From a bacterium (GTDB lineage: Bacteria; Patescibacteriota; Minisyncoccia; UBA6257; 02-FULL-45-10c): a stretch of 24,062 nt of DNA. The notes under the pieces are model-generated. The model had not been told where the DNA came from, did not search any database, and worked only from the letters and a program-made list of their open reading frames with translations. Below are positions 1-8,966 of this stretch, piece after piece (within the stretch, counting starts at the first letter, position 1; each line of letters starts with the position of its first letter). Both the position numbers and the translations under genes were made by a program. The stretch lies in assembly GCA_021799965.1 (NCBI GenBank), contig JAJYZL010000001.1:1-24062 (forward strand), written 5' to 3'.

Positions 1-11
1 ATACATAATTG

Positions 12-413
12 TTATTTAAGATTTGTAGTTGAAGAAACAATCTGACTTTTAAAAAAGTTAACCACATCCTCGTCTCCCATTAAACACTCAGAATTTAATC
101 CATCCCATAAAAACGGCGTTCCGATGCTATGATTATTTTCCCATCCGCAAAATCTGACTTTATCAAAGAGATCATTTTTGTTAGATGTGTTATTAGTAAT
201 ATCTTTTTGGACAAAAGAAAACTTACTTGCAACATCATTAGCTTTAAGATAGTCCTCCACGATCGCGCAGTGAGGACAACCGTCCTGTATGTATAAAATT
301 ATAGAAGTATCTTTTTTCGCGGAAAACATTCCAGAATTTATATAAAAAATGAATGAGGCCCCCAGCAGTAAAATAATTAATGAAGCCAAAATTATATAGT
401 TCTTTTTTGTCAT
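12..413 (-). CDS. Membrane-anchored thioredoxin/glutaredoxin-fold protein (CPHC)
   Basis: N-terminal hydrophobic helix (YIILASLIILLLGASFIFYI), CxxC motif GCPHC, cis-Pro-type IGTPF loop and a second Cys pair. ATG at 413 preferred over the track's TTG at 434. Confidence 0.75.
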   Translation of the reverse strand: MTKKNYIILASLIILLLGASFIFYINSGMFSAKKDTSIILYIQDGCPHCAIVEDYLKANDVASKFSFVQKDITNNTSNKNDLFDKVRFCGWENNHSIGTPFLWDGLNSECLMGDEDVVNFFKSQIVSSTTNLK

Positions 414-442
414 ATACTTAATTATAAATAACAATAATTATT

Positions 443-451
443 ATTATATCA
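443..451 (-). promoter_or_regulatory. Extended -10 promoter (TGaTATAAT) for the CPHC gene
   Basis: Perfect TATAAT at 443-448 with TGn, directly upstream of the ORF. Confidence 0.55.
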
Positions 452-458
452 AATAAAA

Positions 459-487
459 TTGAATAATAGCCAAAATTTGTTTATATT
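459..487 (+). promoter_or_regulatory. Sigma70 promoter for tRNA-Ser
   Basis: TTGAAT (459-464), 17-nt spacer, TATATT (482-487), 14 nt before the tRNA. Confidence 0.55.
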
Positions 488-501
488 AATCTAGTGCACA
501 C

Positions 502-588
502 GGAAGGTTGGCAGAGTGGTCGAATGCACCGCACTTGAAATGCGGCAGAGGAGAAATCCTCTCGGAGGTTCGAATCCTCCACCTTCCG
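502..588 (+). tRNA. tRNA-Ser(TGA)
   Basis: Acceptor GGAAGGT/ACCTTCC, discriminator G, anticodon arm CCGCA-CTTGAAA-TGCGG (TGA at 536-538), long variable arm AGAGGA-GAAA-TCCTCT, T-arm GGAGG-TTCGAAT-CCTCC. CCA is not encoded. Confidence 0.97.
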
Positions 589-628
589 CATCTGCTTATA
601 GGCCGAACAAAAACGGATCCTAAAACAT

Positions 629-653
629 AATCCCGAAATTAACCGGGATTTTT
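629..653. terminator. Bidirectional intrinsic terminator between tRNA-Ser and the 65-aa ORF
   Basis: AATCCCG-8nt-CGGGATT stem with T-rich tails on both strands, between convergent genes. Confidence 0.7.
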
Positions 654-658
654 AAATT

Positions 659-856
659 TTACAGATTAGGATAATAATTGGAAATAAGAGGAAATAATTT
701 TAAGAGAATCATTACAAATATCCAGAAAATAGATGCAAAAATAGCTCCGGCTATAAAACCAGAAAGAGAAGACGCTAATACATTTCCTATTCTAACTTTA
801 AAATTTTTATGTTCTTCGCAAATAAATTGCTTAAAAACGTCATAATATTTTTTCAT
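659..856 (-). CDS. Small membrane protein (65 aa), function unknown
   Basis: ATG start, C-terminal hydrophobic helix (LASSLSGFIAGAIFASIFWIFVMILL), promoter upstream and terminator downstream. Confidence 0.75.
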   Translation of the reverse strand: MKKYYDVFKQFICEEHKNFKVRIGNVLASSLSGFIAGAIFASIFWIFVMILLKLFPLISNYYPNL

Positions 857-862
857 AAATTG

Positions 863-871
863 ATTATAGCA
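863..871 (-). promoter_or_regulatory. Extended -10 promoter (TGcTATAAT), probably giving a leaderless mRNA
   Basis: TATAAT at 863-868 is 6 nt from the ATG at 856. Confidence 0.6.
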
Positions 872-915
872 TAAAAGACCGGCTACGCTTCACGTCAATA
901 ATTACGCCTAATTCC

Positions 916-924
916 TGGTATAAT
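916..924 (+). promoter_or_regulatory. Extended -10 promoter (TGgTATAAT) for the ATPase-HtrA operon
   Basis: TATAAT at 919-924, 11 nt before the ATG at 936. Confidence 0.6.
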
Positions 925-935
925 TAAAAAAAGAA

Positions 936-3536
936 ATGTCGATTTTACCAAACGTTACAAAAAAATCCTTTTGGGCGCTTCCGATTCATGAATGTCTGAA
1001 TATCCTGGAAACTAATCAAGATGGCTTGTCCGAAGAAGAGGCCGGAAAACGGCTGCGGATTTTTGGCCCCAATTTAATTGCAGAAAAATCCAGGACATCA
1101 AAGACGAGGATATTTCTTAATCAATTTAAAAATCCCCTCATTCTCCTGCTATTAGTTGCCGGAATTATAACTCTATTATTAAAAGATTATGCCAATGCCT
1201 TCTTTATTTATGCGGCGGCACTTATAAATTGCCTGTTGGGTTTTTACCAAGAGAATAAAGCGGAAACAACTCTTAATAATCTTAAAACTTACATAGAAAA
1301 AAGAGCCAGGGTTCTCAGAGAAGATCACGAATATGAAATCAACGCCGAAGAATTAACTCCCGGCGATCTTATTCATATTTCTCAAGGAGAAAGAATACCT
1401 TGCGATGCCAGGCTTATTTATACCAATAACTTTTTAGTTGACGAATCTACTCTTACCGGGGAATCGTTGCCGATACAAAAAAATACCGAACCAGTTAGTT
1501 TCCGGGCCGTATTAGGAGATCAAAAATGCATGGTATTTGGCGGCACCTTAGTGATGCAGGGATTTGCTAACGCCATCGTGGTTTCAATAGGTGAAGAAAC
1601 AGAAATAGGAAAAATCGCATCAATGGTTGGCTCTCAGGAGACAAAAACTCCGCTTCAAGAAAAGATAATGGCCTTCAGTAAAAAAGCCGCCATAATTTTA
1701 AGCATAGCCGCAACCCTGGTCTTTTTTATTGGCATATATTCAGGAAAATCTATCCTAGAAATGTTTTTAATTTCGGTTGCCATATTGGTAGCGGCAATTC
1801 CTGAAGGACTGCCTGTAGCTATGACGGTCGTACTGGCAATCGGAGTGCAAAGGCTGGTCAGTAAAAAGGGCGTTGTAAGAAAATTATTAGCCGCAGAAGC
1901 CTTAGGAAACACAACGATAATTTTAACGGATAAAACGGGTACACTGACAGAATCTAAAATGAGTCTGTCTAAAATAGAAAGTTTTGAAAAAGATTTTGAC
2001 GAAGAACAAATCTTTAAATTCGCTTTAATAAATACCGATGTGGTTGTAGAAAATCCGGAAGAATCAATAGATAAGTGGCGGATAATCGGCAGACCACTGG
2101 AAACAGCCGTGGTCAAAGCCGCCGCAGAAAATGGAATGCTGCTAAGCAAAGCAAAAAAAGATATCAAGGTCTCTGAGTTTCTTCCATTTAATTCTTCAAA
2201 TAAATTTTCCGCCTCCATCATAGAGCATCACGGAGAAGAGCTAATCACCTTTTTCGGCGCGCCGGATATTCTTCTTAAAATATCCAATAAGACTACCGAC
2301 GAGATCAGAGAAATTAGCCGCGAAATAAATAAAATGGCCAGTTCTGGCGAAAGAGTTTTGGGCATAGCCGTAAAAAAAATTAATTCAAAAACAAAATTTA
2401 ATTTATTTACGGAAAAATTCTCCGCCCTAACCTTTATAGGAACAATATCTTTTAAAGATCCAATAAGAAAAGGCGTTAAAGAAACTATTCATAACATAGA
2501 ACAGGTCGGCATAAGAACTGTAATTGTTACGGGAGACCATCAGGGCACCGCGGAAGCAACCGCAAAAGAATTAGGATTTTCCATTACTAAGGAAAATATA
2601 ATAAACGGCGCAGAGCTGGATACGATGAGCGACTCAGAATTAAAAAAGAGACTTGCAACATTAAAAGTGGTTTCGCGTGTAAGTCCCGAAGGAAAATTGA
2701 AGGTGGTAAGGGCTTTTCAAGAAATTGGTGAAATAGTGGCCATGACGGGCGACGGAATAAATGACGCGCCCAGCCTAAAGCAAGCAAATATTGGAATTGC
2801 AATGGGAAGCGGAAGCGATGTAGCTAAAGATACGGCTCAGCTTGTGCTATTGGATGATAATTACGAAACCATAGTCGCCGCTATAGAAGAGGGCCGCAGA
2901 ATAATAGAAAATATTAAAAAAACTATTGTCTATTCCCTGCTAAATTTATCCGACGAACTTATCTTGATCGGCGGATCCATAATTTTTGGACTAGTTATGC
3001 CAATAAATGCATTTCAGATATTGTGGGTAAACTTCTTCGCCGACAGCTTTCCGGCTATCGCATTCGCCTTTGAAAATCACTTCAAATATATTTTGCAAAA
3101 ACCCCAAAATCCTTCAGAGAAATTAATAAATAACAAAACAAGCTCCCTGATTCTTTTAATAGGATTCATAAACAGCTCATTATTAATATTTATTTATTAC
3201 CTACTTTTAAAAGCCGGATTTAATCCTCAAACGGTAAGGACTTTTATTTTCGCTTCATTCGGAACATACTCGCTTTTTTCAGTTTTTTCGGTCAGAAATA
3301 TGCGACAAAGCATATTTAGATATAATCCCTTTTCCAATATTTACATAGTGGCCGGATCCGTCATCGGCTTCCTCCTTATGACCATCGCTATCTATACACC
3401 CCTAGGACAAGAACTATTAAAAACATCGGAGCTTCCAGGAATATGGCTTTGGGGAGTTCTGGGAATAGGTATAATTAATACATCGCTTCTAGAAATAGGA
3501 AAATATATAAATAATAGGAATAATTTAGAAAATTAA
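936..3536 (+). CDS. Cation-transporting P-type ATPase (P2A/Ca2+-like)
   Basis: TGES, IPEGLP, DKTGTLT phosphorylation site, DPIR, MTGDGINDAPSL and multiple C-terminal TM helices. Confidence 0.95.
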   Translation: MSILPNVTKKSFWALPIHECLNILETNQDGLSEEEAGKRLRIFGPNLIAEKSRTSKTRIFLNQFKNPLILLLLVAGIITLLLKDYANAFFIYAAALINCLLGFYQENKAETTLNNLKTYIEKRARVLREDHEYEINAEELTPGDLIHISQGERIPCDARLIYTNNFLVDESTLTGESLPIQKNTEPVSFRAVLGDQKCMVFGGTLVMQGFANAIVVSIGEETEIGKIASMVGSQETKTPLQEKIMAFSKKAAIILSIAATLVFFIGIYSGKSILEMFLISVAILVAAIPEGLPVAMTVVLAIGVQRLVSKKGVVRKLLAAEALGNTTIILTDKTGTLTESKMSLSKIESFEKDFDEEQIFKFALINTDVVVENPEESIDKWRIIGRPLETAVVKAAAENGMLLSKAKKDIKVSEFLPFNSSNKFSASIIEHHGEELITFFGAPDILLKISNKTTDEIREISREINKMASSGERVLGIAVKKINSKTKFNLFTEKFSALTFIGTISFKDPIRKGVKETIHNIEQVGIRTVIVTGDHQGTAEATAKELGFSITKENIINGAELDTMSDSELKKRLATLKVVSRVSPEGKLKVVRAFQEIGEIVAMTGDGINDAPSLKQANIGIAMGSGSDVAKDTAQLVLLDDNYETIVAAIEEGRRIIENIKKTIVYSLLNLSDELILIGGSIIFGLVMPINAFQILWVNFFADSFPAIAFAFENHFKYILQKPQNPSEKLINNKTSSLILLIGFINSSLLIFIYYLLLKAGFNPQTVRTFIFASFGTYSLFSVFSVRNMRQSIFRYNPFSNIYIVAGSVIGFLLMTIAIYTPLGQELLKTSELPGIWLWGVLGIGIINTSLLEIGKYINNRNNLEN

Positions 3537-3537
3537 T

Positions 3538-4578
3538 ATGAATAAAATAACCAATATAATTAAAAAATCTCTGCCCGCCGTAGTTTCCGTTGTTGCTACT
3601 AAAAGTTTAAGAGAGTTAGAAAAAGAGCTGCCCGCACAGGCGTTCCCGCTACTCCCCTTCGGCATGCCCGATTTGAATATTCCGGAAGACAAAGTTGATA
3701 TGCGAGGAATGATTGAGGTCAACAGCGGATCTGGTTTTATAACCGATCCCAGCGGAATTATTTTAACCAATAAGCATGTAATTTCCGATCCGGAAGCAGA
3801 ATATGAAGTTTTGACATCGTCTGGAAAAAAATATCGCGCCGAAGTTTTAGCCAGAGACCCCATTGAAGATGTAGCCATTCTTAAAATTCCGGCAGCCAAA
3901 TTACCGACGCTTAAACTGGGCAACTCAGAAAAAATAGAACTTGGAGATGAGGTTCTGGCCATCGGCAATGCTCTTGGAATGTTCCAGAATACGGTTTCAA
4001 AAGGTATAATTTCCGGCTTATCCAGAGCAATATCTCCCAACGAAGACGACGCCGAAACATCCGGACAGCAATTAAGAGGTCTTATCCAAACAGATGCAGC
4101 CATCAATCCGGGCAATTCCGGAGGTCCGCTTATCAATTTAAAAGGAGAGGTGGTAGGAATCAATGCCGCCATCATTTCTGGAGCCCAAAGCATAGGATTT
4201 GCTATACCCATAAACAGCGCCAAAAAAGATTTGGATGACGTTAAAAAATACGGGGAAGTAAGACGCCCATTTTTGGGAATAAGATACGTAAATATAGATA
4301 AAAATCTAAAAGAAAAAATGGGTTTGACTGTAGATTATGGAGCTATCGCAGTCGGCAAAAAAGGCTCGTATGAAGCAGTCATCAAAAACTCCCCCGCTTA
4401 TAAAGCAGGGATCGTGGAAGGCGATTTGATTCTTGAATGCAACGGCCAGAAAATAACACCAAATAAAACTATCCAGGATTTTCTGGAAAATATGCGCGTA
4501 GGCGAAGAATTACATTTAAAAATACTTAGAAAAAACAAAGAAATGAGCATCCCCGTAAAACTTTCGGAAAGAAAATAA
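3538..4578 (+). CDS. HtrA/DegP-family trypsin-like serine protease with one PDZ domain
   Basis: TNKHV (His), EDVAILKI (Asp), TDAAINPGNSGGP (Ser), C-terminal PDZ (RPFLGI...SPAYKAGIVEGDLI). Confidence 0.95.
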   Translation: MNKITNIIKKSLPAVVSVVATKSLRELEKELPAQAFPLLPFGMPDLNIPEDKVDMRGMIEVNSGSGFITDPSGIILTNKHVISDPEAEYEVLTSSGKKYRAEVLARDPIEDVAILKIPAAKLPTLKLGNSEKIELGDEVLAIGNALGMFQNTVSKGIISGLSRAISPNEDDAETSGQQLRGLIQTDAAINPGNSGGPLINLKGEVVGINAAIISGAQSIGFAIPINSAKKDLDDVKKYGEVRRPFLGIRYVNIDKNLKEKMGLTVDYGAIAVGKKGSYEAVIKNSPAYKAGIVEGDLILECNGQKITPNKTIQDFLENMRVGEELHLKILRKNKEMSIPVKLSERK

Positions 4579-4592
4579 AAGCATTCTTAATA

Positions 4593-4632
4593 AAAATAGC
4601 ACAGTCTTTATTAATAAAGACCGTGCTATTTT
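4593..4632. terminator. Bidirectional intrinsic terminator
   Basis: AAAATAGCACaGTCTTTA-loop-TAAAGACcGTGCTATTTT long inverted repeat after htrA. Confidence 0.85.
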
Positions 4633-4645
4633 GTTTCATAAATAA

Positions 4646-4795
4646 CTACTGTTGAAATGGCTGTATCTTAAAATACTTAATAATATTAGTCGGCACAGGA
4701 ATCGAAATGTTATTCAATTTACTTAAATGAGTAACTATATAGAAAGATACGGCCAGCGCTAAAGCTAGCAATATGAAGCCCATTAGTTTTTCCAT
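4646..4795 (-). CDS. Putative 49-aa small membrane protein (below the ORF-track cutoff)
   Basis: MEKLMGFILLALALAVSFYIVTHLSKLNNISIPVPTNIIKYFKIQPFQQ*. ATG at 4795, TAG at 4646-4648, TATAAT at 4805-4810 upstream, terminator just downstream. Confidence 0.55.
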   Translation of the reverse strand: MEKLMGFILLALALAVSFYIVTHLSKLNNISIPVPTNIIKYFKIQPFQQ

Positions 4796-4882
4796 AATAT
4801 GCCAATTATAACTCTATTTATGCCCTAAATCCATATATTTTAAAGAGTATGATTTGTAAAATACCAATCATATTCTATGGAC

Positions 4883-4911
4883 TTGACGAATTTATATTAT
4901 TGTGATATACT
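4883..4911 (+). promoter_or_regulatory. Near-consensus sigma70 promoter
   Basis: TTGACG (4883-4888), 17-nt spacer, TG-a-TATACT (4906-4911), upstream of the ATG at 4948. Confidence 0.8.
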
Positions 4912-4947
4912 ATAAAAACATTAATAAGTCATCCCTAACTCTAAAAT

Positions 4948-6350
4948 ATGATAAAAACAGCTCTAAAATTCATTAAAAATAATTACCCAATAGTATATTT
5001 GGCGATGTTTTTGGCTTTAATGAGCTATATTCCTTTCGTAGCTCAGGCTTCTGTAACGGGTATTTGGCCTACCCTCCTCTTTATAACAGCGTTACATATA
5101 ATAGCGCTATATTGCGTGGAAGCGTGGTAGAAAATTCCGACCCAAATACTTGCGTATGGTTTGAATATAGTTCTAGTAATTTTTATCAGCAAGGTCCAAT
5201 TACCACCACTCAAGAAAAATGCGGAATTATAAGTTATACATCTTTTGACCTTGATCAATTTATTAACGGACTTACGCCCGGAACAACTTACAATTTCCGA
5301 GTAGTAGCCCAGGATTCCATCGGCCTTCATTATTCGGCCAGCCAAACATTTACGACTCTTTCCACCGCACAACAAAACACGACCAATAGCCAAACTTCAT
5401 ATGATCCGACCAGTGGCGCAGTTACGACCTATGCCCAACCTACAGCAGCCACCAATGCAGCGATGCTGGTACATGAAAATTCTTCGGTAATTAATGGCAC
5501 AATTAACCCCAGAAATAATTCCACATCTGCTTGGTTTGAATGGAGCGCTGATCCTAATTTATCCGTTATAAATAAAAGCGTTCCCGAAACTATTGGTTCC
5601 GATAACACAGATAAGTATCTTGCATATGCATTATCAAATCTTACACTTGGGCAGACTTATTACTTCCGAGTAGTAGCTAAAAATTCTTATGGTACAACTT
5701 ACGGAGCTATAAAAAGCTTTACCACGCAGGCGGCTCCAATCGTAGCCGCATCTTCAAATTCGACAAACTCATCCGCTACATCTAATTCCCTACCTACCGA
5801 TAAGACAATCAATTCTCAAGCAAGCGCATCAAACAGCATCTTTTCTTTGGAAGCAGAATTCAATAATAATAATCCAAGACCAGGAAAGGAAGTTATTTAT
5901 AACGTAAGCTATGAAAATACCGGTAATTCAGACGCTGCTAACGTTATACTCAAAATCACTATTCCTAATGAAGCGGCGTACGAAAGTTCAAGTTTTGCCA
6001 CTACAAATAAAGACGGAAACACGGTTTCTTTTAAGGTAGGAAATGTTCCCGCAAAAAGCTCCGGAATAATCAGTATCAAGGTCAAAATAATGGATCTAAC
6101 CAAAACCAATAGCTTGACGTTCAGCGATTCATTGTCCTACTTAGAAAATGGAAAAACGGCAAACACGAACCTAACCAGTGAGTTAAAATTAAATCTTAAT
6201 TCACTCACTGCCTCCGTGATTGATCTATTCGGAAACACATTAAATAATGCATTAGTTGATCTGCTGCTTGGCATAATAATAGGATTCGGAATATATCATT
6301 TCGTTATCAGAAAAAAGGAAGTAACTAACACAGAAGATCCGTTGAAATAA
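4948..6350 (+). pseudogene. Surface protein gene (signal peptide, 2 FnIII-like repeats, S/T/N linker, DUF11-like Ig domain, C-terminal TM anchor) split by an apparent -1 frameshift
   Basis: ORF 4948-5130 encodes a signal peptide ending in AQA|S. ORF 5064-6350, in another frame, encodes the mature domains (WFEY...YNFRVVA; WFEW...YYFRVVA; GKEVIYNVSYENTG) and the anchor LLLGIIIGFGIYHFVIRKK. One added base gives a 467-aa protein. Could also be an assembly error. Confidence 0.7.
5295..5677 (+). repeat. Internal duplication of the FnIII-like domain
   Basis: TTCCGAGTAGTAGC is identical at 5295-5308 and 5664-5677; TGGTTTGAAT occurs at 5157-5166 and 5532-5541 with a similar offset. Confidence 0.8.
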
Positions 6351-6353
6351 TTT

Positions 6354-6390
6354 AATAAAATCCGCCCCATAGACTGGGGCGGATTTTATT
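6354..6390. terminator. Bidirectional intrinsic terminator
   Basis: Perfect 16-bp stem AATAAAATCCGCCCCA-tagac-TGGGGCGGATTTTATT between convergent genes. Confidence 0.92.
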
Positions 6391-6405
6391 TACGAAAGCA
6401 AAAAA

Positions 6406-8829
6406 CTAAATAACTATATTTATAAGTTTATCCGGTACAAATATCGTCTTTTTGGGCTTACCAGTGAGAAACTCCTTAATCTTTTCCTTAGACATTGCTA
6501 TTTTTTCTATTTCTTGTTGAGAAGAACCCTTGGGCATCAAAATTTTATCACGCAATTTTCCGTTTATTTGAATCAAAATTTCAACCTCCTCGTCTTCAAT
6601 CAAATGCTTACTGTATTCCGGCCATGCTTCAATATGCACTGATTTTTTATTGCCCAAATTCTGCCAAAGCTCTTCAGCTATATGCGGGGCAAAAGGAACC
6701 ATTATTTTGATGTAGTTCTCAGCCATATTTTTATTGACGGCATCCTTTTTCTTTTCCATTTCATTCAAAAGTATCATAAGCGATGATACTGCGGTATTAA
6801 ATTTAAATCCGGCGACATCCTCTCCTACTTTTTTAATAGTTTTATGGAGCAATCTATTCAAATCCTTATGATCTTTGCCGCTTCCATTGTCAGGCTTAAC
6901 CTTCTTATCAAATTTTATTTTGGCAAATAAATCATTAACTCTATTTAAGAACCTATAGGCTCCCAAAATACCAGTCGGATCCCATGGTCCTCCCTGGCTA
7001 TATTCCGCCATAAAGCAAAGATAAATTCTCATTGAATCAGCGCCAAACTTTTCCACCAACTCATCAGGATCAATTACATTGCCGCGAGATTTAGACATTT
7101 TTTGACCGTCTGGGCCAAGTATCATGCCCTGGTGACGCAAGGATACAAACGGCTCTTTAAAATCCAAATAACCTTCATCGTGCAGAAACTTCGTAAAAAA
7201 TCTTGCGTAAAGAAGGTGCATTACGGCATGCTCCGGCCCCCCAACATACATTTTTACAGGCATCCAATTTTTTATCTTTAACGATTCAGCAAAAGATTTT
7301 TTATTTTTAGGATCTAAGTAGCGCAGGTAATACCATGAGGAGTCAATGAAAGTATCCATAGTGTCCGTTTCTCTTTCAGCTGGTCCGCCACATTCAGGAC
7401 ACCTTACTTTCAAAAATTTCTCAGATTTAGCAAGTGGAGATCTGCCAAGTCCATCAGGAAGATAATCTTTGATTTTTGGAAGTTTTACCGGCAAATCTTT
7501 TTCCGGAACAGGAACGGTACCGCATTCCTTGCAATAAATAACCGGGATTGGCGTACCCCAATAACGCTGGCGGCTTATCAACCAGTCGCGGAATTTATAA
7601 TTAATCTTTTTCTTGGCTCCAATTGATTCAATGATTCTATCCTTGGCTATATTATTAGGCAGATTATCTAATTCTCCGGAATTAACCATGACTCCGTCAT
7701 TTACGAAGGCAGCCTCAAGCTTATTCTGCTTTCCGTTTTCAGAAACTACTTGAATGATAGGCAATTCAAATTTTTTAGCAAAATCAAAATCTCTTTCGTC
7801 GTGGGCTGGAACGGCCATAACCGCGCCCGTTCCGTATCCTCCCAAAACATAGTCAGAAACCCAAACAGAAATTATCTTTTTATTAAACGGATTTATTACT
7901 TTAATTCCTTGCAACTCTACACCGGACTTCTCTTTGACATCGGTTAATCTGTCTAACTCTGTTTTATGCTTAGATTTCTCCAAATAATCTCTCACGCTGT
8001 TTTTATTCCTTATTCTTGCATCCAAAATTTTTATAAGCGGATGCTCAGGAGCTAATACTAAATAAGTGACGCCCGGAAGCGTATCAGCTCTGGTAGTAAA
8101 AACTTTTATTTTTAATTCTGATTCTTCAATTGGGAAATCTATTTCCGCTCCTTCAGAACGGCCTATCCAATTTTTCTGCATAGACTTAGTTCTTTCCGGC
8201 CAGTCTAATGTATCCAAATCCTCTAAAAGCCTATCGGCATAGTCAGTAATCTTTAAAAGCCACTGCGTAACTTCTTTTTGTTCTACAGAAGTTCCACAGC
8301 GCTCACATTTACCGCCCTCGGCCTGTTCATTGGCCAGTACCGTTTTACAAGATGGGCACCAATTTGCCGCCACTTTTTTACGGTAAGCCAAGCCCTTTTT
8401 GTACATCTGTAAAAATATCCATTGATTCCACTTGTAATAATCCGGCAAACAAGTGACAACCATTCTTGACCAATCGTAGATATTGCCCATTGCCTGAAGC
8501 TGCCTTGTCATATTTTTTATATTAGACAAAGTCCACGTTTCAGGAGAAACGCCGCGCTTAATAGCCGCATTTTCTGCAGGAAGACCAAAAGCATCAAAAC
8601 CAATAGGACTCAAAACATTGTATCCCTCCATTCTTTTAAAACGTGCAAAAACATCGGCTGGCGCATAGTTATACCAATGGCCGATATGCGCATTCCCGGA
8701 AGGATATGGGAACATTACCAAGTGATAATAATTCTTTTTTCCTTTTACGTTATCTTTGGCAGTAAAAAATTTTTTTTGTTTCCAATATTTTTGCCACTTA
8801 GCTTCTATTTTTTTATGATTGTAAGCCAT
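6406..8829 (-). CDS. leuS: Leucine--tRNA ligase
   Basis: MFPYPSG-HIGH, Zn knuckle CPSC/CERC, CP1 editing motif GTGAVMAVPAHDERD, DWLISRQRYWG, KMSKS. Confidence 0.98.
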   Translation of the reverse strand: MAYNHKKIEAKWQKYWKQKKFFTAKDNVKGKKNYYHLVMFPYPSGNAHIGHWYNYAPADVFARFKRMEGYNVLSPIGFDAFGLPAENAAIKRGVSPETWTLSNIKNMTRQLQAMGNIYDWSRMVVTCLPDYYKWNQWIFLQMYKKGLAYRKKVAANWCPSCKTVLANEQAEGGKCERCGTSVEQKEVTQWLLKITDYADRLLEDLDTLDWPERTKSMQKNWIGRSEGAEIDFPIEESELKIKVFTTRADTLPGVTYLVLAPEHPLIKILDARIRNKNSVRDYLEKSKHKTELDRLTDVKEKSGVELQGIKVINPFNKKIISVWVSDYVLGGYGTGAVMAVPAHDERDFDFAKKFELPIIQVVSENGKQNKLEAAFVNDGVMVNSGELDNLPNNIAKDRIIESIGAKKKINYKFRDWLISRQRYWGTPIPVIYCKECGTVPVPEKDLPVKLPKIKDYLPDGLGRSPLAKSEKFLKVRCPECGGPAERETDTMDTFIDSSWYYLRYLDPKNKKSFAESLKIKNWMPVKMYVGGPEHAVMHLLYARFFTKFLHDEGYLDFKEPFVSLRHQGMILGPDGQKMSKSRGNVIDPDELVEKFGADSMRIYLCFMAEYSQGGPWDPTGILGAYRFLNRVNDLFAKIKFDKKVKPDNGSGKDHKDLNRLLHKTIKKVGEDVAGFKFNTAVSSLMILLNEMEKKKDAVNKNMAENYIKIMVPFAPHIAEELWQNLGNKKSVHIEAWPEYSKHLIEDEEVEILIQINGKLRDKILMPKGSSQQEIEKIAMSKEKIKEFLTGKPKKTIFVPDKLINIVI

Positions 8830-8894
8830 AATTTAAATTTAAAATTGAAAAACAAGATATAAAAATTTAATTAGGAAACGACTAATTACCTAGT

Positions 8895-8923
8895 ATTTTA
8901 TCCCTAAAGGCGCTTAGGGGCAA
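8895..8923 (-). promoter_or_regulatory. Sigma70 promoter for leuS
   Basis: TTGCCC (8923-8918), 17-nt spacer, TAAAAT (8900-8895). Confidence 0.55.
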
Positions 8924-8966
8924 GGGATAAGAAAAACTACTGATAATAAATAAAATTGGCTATCGC

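Noticed and set aside
502-588. TGA anticodon read as selenocysteine or a UGA suppressor
   Set aside because: Anticodon TGA reads UCA (Ser); a UGA reader needs anticodon TCA.
1655-2221. 188-aa antisense ORF (and 2587-2802)
   Set aside because: Shadow of the ATPase with no domain signal.
3525-4223. 232-aa antisense ORF to htrA
   Set aside because: Codon-register shadow of a conserved protease; no independent motifs.
5043-6109. Antisense ORFs 5043-5393 and 5909-6109
   Set aside because: Fully inside the surface-protein gene; no recognizable product.
8830-8966. T-box or attenuator upstream of leuS
   Set aside because: The region is short and AT-rich with no T-box consensus; the GC patch is explained by the promoter.
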